The notes beneath the pieces are model-generated. The model was not told where the DNA came from. It searched no databases and saw nothing but the letters and a program-made list of their open reading frames with translations. DNA of 63,955 bases, counting the filler, from Reticulomyxa filosa (lineage: Eukaryota; Protista; Foraminifera), in the NCBI GenBank assembly GCA_000512085.1. It is 20 parts of 20 records of this genome, joined end to end, with 100 filler letters (N's around TTAATTAATTAA, not from the genome) between each part and the next. Parts side by side here need not be neighbours in the genome. Positions count along the whole stretch, not along the records: positions 53,293 to 55,163 come from ASPP01037449.1; positions 55,264 to 61,217 come from ASPP01050030.1; positions 61,318 to 62,844 come from ASPP01033700.1; positions 62,945 to 63,955 come from ASPP01012989.1; 16 more parts are not named here. One strand, 5' to 3'. Positions 54,605 to 63,955 of the stretch are shown piece after piece. How positions within the stretch are numbered: position 1 is the first letter of the stretch; each line of letters begins with the position of its first letter. A program made the translations under genes and the position numbers.

Positions 54605-55131
54605 GATGAAGCAATTTCAGCTTTTGAGCAACATGGATTTGTTTAGCTGAAGCAGGTGGTGCCGGATGAAGTGGTAATATCTTTGCAAAAAAGAGTGCAA
54701 ATCAATTGGTCGTGAAAAAATTAAAAGGAGATCAGAAAAGAAAGTCGACTGACTTTGAAGCAATTCAGAGTAATTTGGTCACAAATCATGGATGTATAAT
54801 TAAACCTACAAACACATGAAAAGTTCGGAGTACAACTGCAAGGATCCAACTTATCATATCAGATTTTCTTGACTCCAAACTTTCGGAAAAGCCTGCTGTT
54901 TTGGACTTCCTTCTCGGTGACATTTTTCGATACTGTTTATATCTGTGTGTTATCACTCAAGAACACAATGAGGCCATGCTACAACTATATTCGATAACAA
55001 TATGAAACAGGTGAATGGATGAAATCGATATTATGTCAACTGACCAAAGCAAAAAAAAAATGTATTTGCTGAATAAATAATACATTGTGAAACCATCTAA
55101 TTCAACGGACTCTGCTTTTCGATGGCACCAA
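54605..55131 (+). pseudogene. Phytanoyl-CoA dioxygenase (PhyH)-family pseudogene fragment
   Basis: EAISAFEQHGFV*LKQVVPDEVV (TAG at 54644) and YLLNK*YIVKPSNSTDSAFRWHQ (TAA at 55078), i.e. the family N-terminal motif and the start of the WHQD iron-binding motif. Confidence 0.65.
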
Positions 55132-55302
55132 GTTACTTTTATTGTCACCGCATCTTTTTTTTTNNNNNNNNNNNNNNNNNNNNNNNNNNNNNNNNNNNNN
55201 NNNNNNNTTAATTAATTAANNNNNNNNNNNNNNNNNNNNNNNNNNNNNNNNNNNNNNNNNNNNAAAAAAGAGCTTTTGATAGGAATAAAATGAGAATTGA
55301 TA

Positions 55303-55863
55303 CTACCTTGTTGGATCTTGAAATGAACTTGGATTGTTGTTGTTGTTGCTGTCGGTGGCATTCACAGAAACAATGGCGTTAGCTCCTCGCTTGTTCCTTG
55401 CGTCTTCCGTAAAAAAGTTGTAGTTATAACGGTATGTGTCTAACACGTTCGCACCCTCTTGTGGCGATAACAGATCTTGCACGGGTGGCTCTCTGTACAC
55501 TTGACGTTGAAAATTTGTTTTCTTGTTAACTTGCATCATTGTCATTGGCTTTTTATTTGGGTCAAATATCACCACATACAAATTCGGGTCGCTTTGGAAA
55601 TAGCCATTTTTCAATGGTATGGTCGTTGCTGCTTTCGATTGATACACTCTTTCTATCGTTTTAGATATATCTTCGTCGTATTCCATTGGCGAACCATCCA
55701 CCATACAATACCATTTTATCTCTTTTTCCCCCTCTTTTCTCGCGTTCCCTTTTCCCTCTGTCTTTTTTTGATCGGTTATATTCTTCTTTCCTTTCTCCCC
55801 TACATCCTCAGAATTTTCTTTTTTCTTTTTTGCATTATTTCGAGTGGCACTCCCAGAGCTCAT
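55303..55863 (-). CDS. WWE-domain protein; partial
   Basis: IKWYCMVDGSPMEYDEDISKTIERVYQ..YVVIFD..MMQVNKKTNFQRQVYR fits the WWE pattern. A probable intron donor lies near 55306 at the contig edge. Confidence 0.75.
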   Translation of the reverse strand: MSSGSATRNNAKKKKENSEDVGEKGKKNITDQKKTEGKGNARKEGEKEIKWYCMVDGSPMEYDEDISKTIERVYQSKAATTIPLKNGYFQSDPNLYVVIFDPNKKPMTMMQVNKKTNFQRQVYREPPVQDLLSPQEGANVLDTYRYNYNFFTEDARNKRGANAIVSVNATDSNNNNNPSSFQDPTR

Positions 55864-56600
55864 GTTTCTCTCCCTTTTCTATATTTGCTTTGACTGTATA
55901 GAACCTGAACTCTCGTTTTCTCCTTTAGTTAACAAAAAACAAACGTACGTATGCCATTTTAGTGTCAGTACTTTTACAACTACATGTATATATCTTTTTT
56001 TGTCTTAAATGTATTAATGCTTCAACAAATTTTTTCGTTGGAGCTTTACATAATACTAACAACACAAAATTCCTGAATTTAGTATATGCAGTTAACCCAG
56101 AGAATAGGAAAAGAACAAATTGCCAGAAAAAGAATAATATAACAGCCAAACACAATGATAAAACAAAAAATCGATGTGAATGTTCCACAATTGGAAAAAA
56201 TAACCGAAAATGAAGAACAAAAATAGAAAAGAAATGAAATACAACAAGATATAAATGAAGAAAATAAACTGAAGACACAAATGTGGATAATACTTGGAAA
56301 AATAGTAGAAAAATTACATGTAATTTTTATTGGATAACTTTTCAACATTGGTAATTACTCTTATAAAGGAAAAATGTTTTGTGAGTAATTCTTGATCAAA
56401 TTTATAAGTTGATCCAAATACATTATATCAAATGTAAAACTCATAACATTCAGCAAGTTGGAGAGAATTTCAAATATTTACATGACTACTAATTATAAAG
56501 TTATGACTGAATCAGCTAAAGATTTGTAGCAAATCCGAAAAGATAAAAATTAAAGTGAAATACAGTATAATACAAAAAAGTTGAAACCTAAAAAGACACT

Positions 56601-58130
56601 TATAAAGATGATTGATTTTCTTCATGAAAAAGCAATATTCATACATAATTTTTTAAAAAATATCTACAAATATAGTAGTTTTTAAATATCATTTTGGTTT
56701 TTTATTGAATATTTACTAATTGTTTAAAAAATTTGAATATTTTATTGATTTTTGAAAAATTTCTAGAAAAAGTTGACAATTGTGACTGTGTCGTAACTGT
56801 GAAATTGCCAACTTTTTTTAATGTCTTTTTCATTAACTCCAGCATTAATTTTCTATCGAAATAATATGACTGCTTTTTCCATTTGTAGAGGAAGAATTAC
56901 TTGAATTCATTCTTCACTCGAATGATTTTCATCTTCTAAATATTCTTCATCCGACAGTTCTCCAATTAGTTGTTTTAAATCTTCAAAATATCCGAATTTT
57001 CGTGAAATATAGAAACAAAATCAGAAAGAATAATTTGAGTTTTTTCTTGTATTCTTTCATGGTTTTCAACATACTATTTTTTTGTCATTTAATGTTGAAT
57101 TGTTTTTGTTCAAATACATAAATCTTTTTTTAAGTAAGTTTTCATAACTATTGTTAAGTATAAAATTCAAGCTTTTTGTTGCGGTTCAGTTCATTCCAGC
57201 AAAAGTTTGACTTTCGGTTCTTTTTTTTTTGAAAAAGCTGTTATTGATATATCAGACAGGAATTATTGTGATTCGGTGGTTTGTAGAATTTATCTCGGAA
57301 AATTGACTGCTTTCCTATTTCTATGTCATAATATCGTGACAAAAAGTATCTTGTTTCATGATTTTTGAACTCATTCGAAATTGATACAATTTCGATATAG
57401 CAATTTAATTCTCATGTCACCGCTTAATCAAAAACTTTGCTTACTGAGTAATAAATAATATAAGCGTTACAGACAAAATTAAGATTTTTTTACGTCATAA
57501 TGCCGATGTTCAAATTATTTTGTTTAGGACGTTTATGGAATATTCATTTAGGTATTAAATTATTAACTTTATATGGGCATACACAATATATTACAAAAGC
57601 TATTTTTTTTACATAATTACAATTTTTATTTTATCTTGTTCTGCTGATCATACTATTCAATTATGGAATATTTTATCTAAACAATGTTTTATTACTTTTT
57701 TAAGTCATTCTGATATTATTAGAGATATTTCTCTTTCTTCTGATTCAAACTATTTCCTGTTCTGATGATAAAACTATTCAATTATGGGATATTCTATTAC
57801 AAATTGAAACACAAATATTACATTCCAATTTTACAAAAATAGATATTCCATCAGATGATTATTTTATTGTATGAACATCTAAAGATGGAACTGTTAGATT
57901 ATGGAAAAGATTATAAAAATATTTTATTTATTTATTACAATCTGATTTAGTCGTGTGCAGGGAAAGATTGTTAATTACATTGAGTTAATACGAATAGTTG
58001 CTATTTGAGTTATAATAAATTGTAAAAAAAACATTAGTGGCACCTCTATGAAGAGAAAGATTTTCTTCATGAAAAATAGACGTTTAGCCGTAATTTTTTT
58101 TGATATACATATATTGTAGTTTTTAAATGT
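56601..58130 (+). repeat. Diverged direct repeats of about 90 bp at 56601-56690 and 58047-58130 (dispersed family)
   Basis: Shared TATRAAGA..GATTTTCTTCATGAAAAA..TAATTTTTT..ATATWGTAGTTTTTAAAT. Partial copy at 58528-58562; inverted partial copy at 23908-23956. Confidence 0.65.
57470..57915 (+). pseudogene. WD40-repeat pseudogene
   Basis: TLYGHTQYI..ILSCSADHTIQLWN, SHSDIIRDI..CSDDKTIQLWDI, FIV*TSKDGTVRLWK, with stops and indels. The remnant probably extends upstream to about 56870. Confidence 0.8.
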
Positions 58131-59468
58131 AAAAATCATAATTAAAAAATGATATCATGAGAATTGGGTCTTATTGTTTAAATTATAAAAATAACAGTTA
58201 AATTTGACATATTGATTTGTCAAAACTCAAAATAAAAATAAAAAATGAAAAAGACTTTACATCAAATAAAATTGCAAAGCTGAAATTTAATTTCACAAAA
58301 AGTAAAAAAATTCGACAAGTAAAATTTAATTTTTTTTAAACTACGAAATATACAATGATAATTCTTTTTTAAAGAGTACAAACGTGATTTGAAGATTCCT
58401 AAAAAAGAAACAAAAAGATTTAAACATTTCTTCTTGATAATGCAGTTTTGATTTATATTTATTACTGCGAAATTTTGAAAAATTGTATAAAAAAAATGTT
58501 TTTGATCAATATAGGAAAAGTTATATAAAAATATTGTAGTTTTTAAATATGAAATTGGTTTTATGATATTTTTAAAAATAGTGTTAAATGTTTATTTTAC
58601 CACACGCAGCATTAGAGATCTGTTCGAATTTGCTTGTGCTATCTCATCAACATAGAAAGAATGGGCTGGGATATTGTATTGTTTTAAATGTGCAAGTTTA
58701 TCTTTATAATATGTGGGAAGATATAATAATTTAGTGTTTTTCCAATAATCTTCTCCAATTACATATTTTTTTGAGCCTTTTCTTTTTTTGTTAAATCTTC
58801 TTTTGTATTTGCTGATGAATCCCTAATCAAAATGACTTGTAAACAGATCTTTTTTCAATTTTTCTATTGACGTAAACCAATCCAACATCAATTGTCTTAT
58901 TTCTCCATTCACAGCCGGCTTTTGTATATCACAGAAAATTTCAGTTTTAGATTCACAAGTGAAAATCTTCAGCAACACCGTAATTCCAACATACGACAAA
59001 CTGCGTCTCAAAAATATTGGAAGACGATTCATTATCTTCTAAAATACTCGAAATACATACAAACATTGTACTTATCGAGAACAGGTTTTGCTTTCGATAC
59101 GCCCTATAGGAGAGGGGGTGTTGGAATCTTCAGAAACATCCCAATATTCCTTTTTTTTAAACGAGTATCAATTTTCTTTTTTATTCTATAACATTTTAGC
59201 TTCAATACCGAAACGATCGTTTTCAAATTTTTCAAAAAATGAAAAACATTGACTCTTTTTTTATGGCTTTTGCACTTGTGTTTAAAAATAAATACATTTT
59301 TAGGTTCTTCAGGATATGCAAATTTTGTATCTGCGTATTTGCCTTGTTTGAAACAATTGTAATTCTATGTATAACAATTGGAAAAAGATAACTATGTGCT
59401 CATGATTTTAACATAAATTTATTGTCTTCGTTGCAAACTTGTCGATTGAATTAGACAAGTACTTACTT

Positions 59469-59614
59469 TGTAAAAGGAGGTGTAGAGAACCCGGAGCGGA
59501 AAAACACGTTTTAAGAAAGTAAGAAAGCGTTTTTGGAAATTAAATTAAAACGAAAACAACTTTGTATATTTGGAGTCATACTGACTCCATTGTGACGTAA
59601 GTAGTCTCACTACA
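59469..59614 (-). mobile_element. Candidate solo LTR (146 bp, TGTA...TACA)
   Basis: Island GC-richer than its flank, bounded by TGTA/TACA, with an 8-bp perfect hairpin (59571-59589). It abuts the truncated end of the upstream ORF. No target-site duplication is visible. Confidence 0.4.
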
Positions 59615-59662
59615 GAGGCAAAAATTCGAGTTTATCTTTCATGTCTTGGAAAGTCCACTTAT

Positions 59663-61084
59663 CTAAAAATTGATTAATTCATTCACGTTTTTATTGTCAA
59701 CTATTTCGGCTACTGCCCCTGCAATTTCCATTTCATATAATACATATTTTTCACTTTGCCTGATCTCTTCCTCAAGCATATTTTTCATGTGATCAGGTAA
59801 AACTGTTAATACTGTCCTACAAAGTCGAATATAAGAACCAATTTCCCATGGACGTAAGGCACCCACTTTTTCACGAGCTACGATCAATTGTCGAATTTTT
59901 AGAATAATGTCATTTTCAATTTCCTTCCATTTATCTTTGTATAGAGCGCCCTTGTTCATTATTGTGTAAAGTTTTTCGTAAATTTCTCTGGGTGGAAATG
60001 AAGCATAAGGATTAAATGTGTGTCCAACCAAATGAATATTTTTGTATTTATCCACAATTTCTTGTAATTTTTTTTCAATTCTTTTCCTCAGTTTTTTCAC
60101 GCTTATGATCGTGTCTGTTTTTTCGTTTCCATTACCTTCTTGTCCTTTTTTCACATCTCCTTCACTGTCTAAAGGCGCAGGTTCACAATAATCTCCTAAA
60201 ATATCAACAATCCTTTGAACCAGCGTAATTTTGTTTTCCGCCTCCAAAAAATTCAAAGCATTCACAGATGCATCGAATGTGTCCAATACCACTTTCATCC
60301 ATCTTCTAATGGCAAATTTCGTTTTGTCTGCTGTTTTTTCAATTTCTTTTTGTGCTACCTCATCCACAAATTGGATTACAAAGTGTTGTGCCTCTTTGAT
60401 ATGTCCTAAGTTATCTACCAATTTTGTCACTCTGTTTAAGTCCACTTCGTCCTCCCCAAGCAGTAGCACTTTCTTCAGTGTACTTTTGGCCAAAGTATTT
60501 AAAGAGCGCGATAAAGAGATTTTAATATTATCGAATGCTCTTTTCATATTTGGATCGTCAATATTTTGTTGAATACGAAACAATTCAGAGGCAACAGTTG
60601 GATACTCATGCTCTTCAATTGCTTCCAATACCGGTTCGATATCAATTATATCACCATAGAGTTTGGTTTGATGCTTTAAAAACAGCTTACAAAATTTACA
60701 ATTGGGTTGAGCGAAATCATCTAATGCACTCAATGCCCTGGCGATTGTGATTTTTCTTTTCAATGGCTTGGTGCTTGTCTCTACGGCTGCCAATTCCAAC
60801 ATTTCGTCATGTAGATTCAAATAAGTCTGTTTCAATCGTCTATCAAATAGTTTAATTATATCTTGCGGAAAGTATGCGAATATTATGGGATAATCTTTTT
60901 GCAATTTTTTTACTTCAGTAAACCGATTGAAAATATTTTCGGCTTTTTCAGTCATGTCCATATTGTCATCGTCTTTTTCATCATCATTGTCAGATGTTGC
61001 TTCACTTTCGGTAAAGTTCAAAGAATTGAGTTGACTTTGAACAAAGATGGAATACTTTCTTAAAAATTCTTCCACCAAATCCAA
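59663..61084 (-). CDS. Large alpha-helical protein of unknown function; fragment, probably truncated
   Basis: 473-aa intronless ORF, helical and K/E/L-rich. A shifted frame continues (L)DKWTFQDMKDKLEFLP up to the candidate LTR at 59614. Confidence 0.75.
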   Translation of the reverse strand: MDLVEEFLRKYSIFVQSQLNSLNFTESEATSDNDDEKDDDNMDMTEKAENIFNRFTEVKKLQKDYPIIFAYFPQDIIKLFDRRLKQTYLNLHDEMLELAAVETSTKPLKRKITIARALSALDDFAQPNCKFCKLFLKHQTKLYGDIIDIEPVLEAIEEHEYPTVASELFRIQQNIDDPNMKRAFDNIKISLSRSLNTLAKSTLKKVLLLGEDEVDLNRVTKLVDNLGHIKEAQHFVIQFVDEVAQKEIEKTADKTKFAIRRWMKVVLDTFDASVNALNFLEAENKITLVQRIVDILGDYCEPAPLDSEGDVKKGQEGNGNEKTDTIISVKKLRKRIEKKLQEIVDKYKNIHLVGHTFNPYASFPPREIYEKLYTIMNKGALYKDKWKEIENDIILKIRQLIVAREKVGALRPWEIGSYIRLCRTVLTVLPDHMKNMLEEEIRQSEKYVLYEMEIAGAVAEIVDNKNVNELINF

Positions 61085-61977
61085 TGTGTTTGTGGTTTCT
61101 TGTCTCAGAGGGATTACTGATCTATTCTCTGTTTGTTTTTTTTCATCCTCTTTCGTCTCATTGTTGCTACTTTCATTGCCATTTTTATCAGATTGATTTG
61201 TTGTTGTTGTTGTTGTTNNNNNNNNNNNNNNNNNNNNNNNNNNNNNNNNNNNNNNNNNNNNTTAATTAATTAANNNNNNNNNNNNNNNNNNNNNNNNNNN
61301 NNNNNNNNNNNNNNNNNGTTGTAGCAGACAAGTGCTGTGAGAAAACAAGTAATGTAGTGCAGGTAGTTGAGACAACATGAAAATATGAAGAATGTTTTCT
61401 ATAAGCTAATGTTTTTTTAAAAAGGAAACTGTTTCCACAATTTGAAAAAAAATTAAATGTAAAACAGTACTAAGACATTTTTGTTTCTTTATTTGATATG
61501 ATTTTTATAATAACTTTCGTATGTTCTTCGAACTGGTTTTGGAGTTTTTTTTATGATAGCTACAATATTATATAATTCAATATGATTAATTTGAAACTTG
61601 TTGTTGTATTAATCATATTTAATTGATAATATTGTATTATAACAAAACAACAACATTTGATAATTTGCAAATTTCTGATATTGATACAAAGCAATGATGA
61701 CATGTCTTTTTTTTCTTCATTTGAGTTTTATTTTTACATATAAACGCAAAAAATGATAAAAATTTACATGTAAGAAAAATCTTCATATTGCTTTTGCATC
61801 AGCAAAATTAAAAAGAATTAAAATTGGTTGATGATAAATAAATCAGCATTAATATTATACACTTTTTCCATTGGCCCATGATATCACACAGGCCTCATTT
61901 TTGGTGTTTTCCCATTCCACCATACTTTTTTTTCTTAGTTCAAAAGTAACCCATCCGAACTTCTTTGTATTATCAAT

Positions 61978-62808
61978 TTATTCGACCACATAAGAAACTC
62001 GCAAATTTTGCTGCTTTTTTTTCAATTTGGTAACAGCAATCTTTTTAAAGCGGCCCACATTGTCAACATGAGTGCCTCCGCACATGCACATGTTCCCACC
62101 TTTTTCTTGCCACAATTGAGATAATTTTTTTTCATTTTCTTGACAGTGCCAACCAATGACACGCACTTGTGCAGCTTCTCCACCAAGTTTTTGTATCGTT
62201 TCTTGCCATTTTTGTGGATCTTTCTGTTCATCAAGTTGTAACACTTGTTGTGTGTAATCCCTTGCATTAAAATTAATGATATCAGCAGCTAATGTTTTTT
62301 GTTGAATCCATTCGGCTAGTGTATCATTAATCTGCTTTACAAACTTTACTTTTTGATCGACATCTGGAATGTCACCAATGTATTCCACATAGGCTCCGTT
62401 TTCAAAATGATAACCTTTCGAAGGAATCAAATTCAGATCACGACAGAAAGTATTTACCACACAATCAATTAGATGTCCAGCACTGTGTAATTTCGCAAAT
62501 CGTTCTCTTTTCAAAGAATCAATTTCCAAGAGAACAGGTACATCCTTTTCTAAACTTGCTTCGGTCACCGCACATGTGGGAGAAAAGTATCCATAGTGGC
62601 GAATGATATGATCACTGCCCTCCATTACTTTTGTGACCACAAATACAGTTTCATTTTCTTTGGAGCCTTGTGTGATTGTGATAGTGCCTTTATCACTGGG
62701 CTGCCCCCCTCCTTGAGGATGAAAGATAGTTTCATCTACCACCAAATATTCGCCTTCTTCGACTCCATGTTCTTTTCCATAATACACTAGTTTTCCATTG
62801 TGATTAAA
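61978..62808 (-). CDS. AlaX-type free-standing alanyl-tRNA editing protein; last exon, 5' partial
   Basis: VDETIFHPQGGGQPSDKG, zinc motifs HSAGH and CGGTH, GYHF, C-terminal LRVSY. Splice acceptor TAG at 62811-62809. Confidence 0.92.
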   Translation of the reverse strand, partial: FNHNGKLVYYGKEHGVEEGEYLVVDETIFHPQGGGQPSDKGTITITQGSKENETVFVVTKVMEGSDHIIRHYGYFSPTCAVTEASLEKDVPVLLEIDSLKRERFAKLHSAGHLIDCVVNTFCRDLNLIPSKGYHFENGAYVEYIGDIPDVDQKVKFVKQINDTLAEWIQQKTLAADIINFNARDYTQQVLQLDEQKDPQKWQETIQKLGGEAAQVRVIGWHCQENEKKLSQLWQEKGGNMCMCGGTHVDNVGRFKKIAVTKLKKKQQNLRVSYVVE

Positions 62809-62944
62809 CTAAATGGTTCCAAACAAAAATGTAAAAAAAAAAAANNNNNNNNNNNNNNNNNNNNNNNNNNNNNNNNNNNNNNNNNNNNTTAATTAATTAA
62901 NNNNNNNNNNNNNNNNNNNNNNNNNNNNNNNNNNNNNNNNNNNN

Positions 62945-63044
62945 ACCCTGACCTGCTTTGCGCGCCAGGGCTTGATCCGCTTGCAGGCCGGCAGCCGGCG
63001 GTCGATCTCGCAACAGGGCCGCCTTGCGCAAGCTCGACGCCTGA
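62945..63044 (+). CDS. Possible 3' end of a Crp/Fnr (FixK-like) regulator
   Basis: TLTCFARQGLIRL..SRR, then in a shifted frame RNRAALRKLDA* (TGA 63042-63044). This resembles the FixK C-terminus but needs indel correction. Confidence 0.35.
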
Positions 63045-63412
63045 TCCGCTTCTACATCCATACGAACATCGCCACGGCAGCCGATGCCATGGTGATCGAT
63101 TGGCAATGAACGGCAGCGCGACGGCGACGCTTACCAGCGGGCGCGGAACCCCCGGCACATGCTCGCAGCAAGTCCGCGACCGGTGACGCGGCCGATGCGT
63201 GCGCTGACCGACTGCACCGCGACCATGAGCGGCCAGGTGAGCACGACGGTCCACAGGAGGCCGAAGCCTGCCTGATCGCCCGCCTGGGAACAGGTCGCGA
63301 TGCCGCTGGGATCGTCGTCGGCAGGCCCCGTGATGACGCCTGGGCCGAGCCTTTTGATCAGCCCTGCGCCTCGGCATTGCCGGCGTGGATCACACGGAAA
63401 GGCCGGAACCGG

Positions 63413-63562
63413 TCAACGGACGCCAGGCTGCTTCACGACGACGACGATGGCATCTGCGTGTTTCGACCGCAGATATTGCGCGCTGGCCGAGGCCATGGAG
63501 ATGCCCAGCAACAGGAAGGACCCGCAGGCGAGCAACAGGAAGTAGACCGGAATGTCTGTCAT
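63413..63562 (-). CDS. 49-aa small membrane protein
   Basis: MTDIPVYFLLLACGSFLLLGISMASASAQ..., preceded by a GAGGAG RBS 6 nt upstream of the ATG and directly downstream of the 63588 gene. Confidence 0.6.
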   Translation of the reverse strand: MTDIPVYFLLLACGSFLLLGISMASASAQYLRSKHADAIVVVVKQPGVR

Positions 63563-63587
63563 GGAACTCTCCTCGCATTGCCTGTGA

Positions 63588-63955
63588 TCAGTGGGAGACG
63601 CTGCCGATCGGTGCGTTCGGCCGCAGACGATCGATGGCCTTGAAGGAGCGGCGGGCATGATCGACAAGCTCTCCATCGGTCGGATGATCCATCGCTTCGA
63701 CACCGACGAGGGTCGCCTTGACGTGCGGCAGATGCTTGTCGAGATGCCGGACGAGTTCCTGCTTCGCTTGCGCCGGGCCGACCAGGAGCCACTCCTGGGT
63801 GCCGCGCAGGGCGTCGACGATATGATCCAGGAAGCTCAGGTCGAGCGCCGCATGGCCCGCGCCGATGACGCCCGCCTTGTGGTGCACCTTGCGGAACGGG
63901 CTGTGGGCCTTGATGTTCTCGCGCTCCACGTCGTCGGCGTTGAAGCGGAACACGT
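63588..63955 (-). CDS. 'Translational machinery protein' (bacterial eRF1-domain/baeRF-like, host-attachment-like family); 5' partial
   Basis: FRFNADDVE..VHHKAGVIGAGHA..LLVGPAQAKQEL..LVGVEAMDHPTDGELVDHARRSF matches the proteobacterial family pattern. Confidence 0.8.
   Translation of the reverse strand, partial: VFRFNADDVERENIKAHSPFRKVHHKAGVIGAGHAALDLSFLDHIVDALRGTQEWLLVGPAQAKQELVRHLDKHLPHVKATLVGVEAMDHPTDGELVDHARRSFKAIDRLRPNAPIGSVSH

Larger units (their letters stand above)
62945..63955. other. GC-rich bacterial contig (contaminant or associated proteobacterium)
   Basis: Abrupt switch to roughly two-thirds GC (by eye), no introns or homopolymers, Shine-Dalgarno present, bacterial-type genes. 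Confidence 0.95.

Noticed and set aside
58820-59130. Possible ADP-ribosyltransferase remnant (YRG...FTS) on the minus strand
   Set aside because: Motifs are too short, in different frames and among many stops.
59608-59612. CACTA as a transposon terminus
   Set aside because: No matching inverted end or subterminal repeats; the orientation points into coding sequence.
63578-63591. FNR/FixK-box-like TTGCC-N4-ATCAG
   Set aside because: Only 7 of 10 consensus positions match, and it lies too close to the RBS for an activator site.
1-63955. tRNA, rRNA or CRISPR arrays
   Set aside because: None recognised by eye; tRNAscan-SE and Infernal would be needed to exclude small RNAs.

Overview
This is not one locus. 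The window holds 20 short, unlinked contigs joined by 19 artificial 100-nt spacers (N44-TTAATTAATTAA-N44). Contigs 1-19 come from a very AT-rich, intron-rich eukaryote with homopolymer- and (TA)n-filled introns. The degenerate RING/TRAF-zinc-finger and WD40 families and the many decayed genes resemble the foraminiferan Reticulomyxa filosa; that identification is an inference and was not verified. Contig 20 (62945-63955) is GC-rich bacterial DNA. Recognisable spliced genes, many cut by contig ends, are: an ADF-H + ubiquitin-like + TKL kinase, PP4R1, two TRAF-type zinc-finger proteins (one with a glycine-rich C-terminal domain), clathrin light chain, a TEY MAP kinase, a C2H2 protein, a PTEN-like phosphatase, a VLIG/GVIN1-like very large GTPase, CK2 beta, a PH-GBD/FH3 formin, a ZNHIT3-like protein, a WWE protein and an AlaX tRNA-editing protein. 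About half of the eukaryotic contigs carry pseudogenes or element remnants (Hsp70, VPS35L, PhyH, WD40, bromodomain/ET, LINE endonuclease, candidate solo LTR). The most interesting signals are the protist VLIG-like GTPase with an intact N-terminal P-loop, the actin-binding/UBL/kinase fusion, the TRAF-glycine-rich fusion, atypical splice signals (GTT donors, A-rich acceptors) and small dispersed repeats. All domain calls come from motif recognition by eye; no searches were run.
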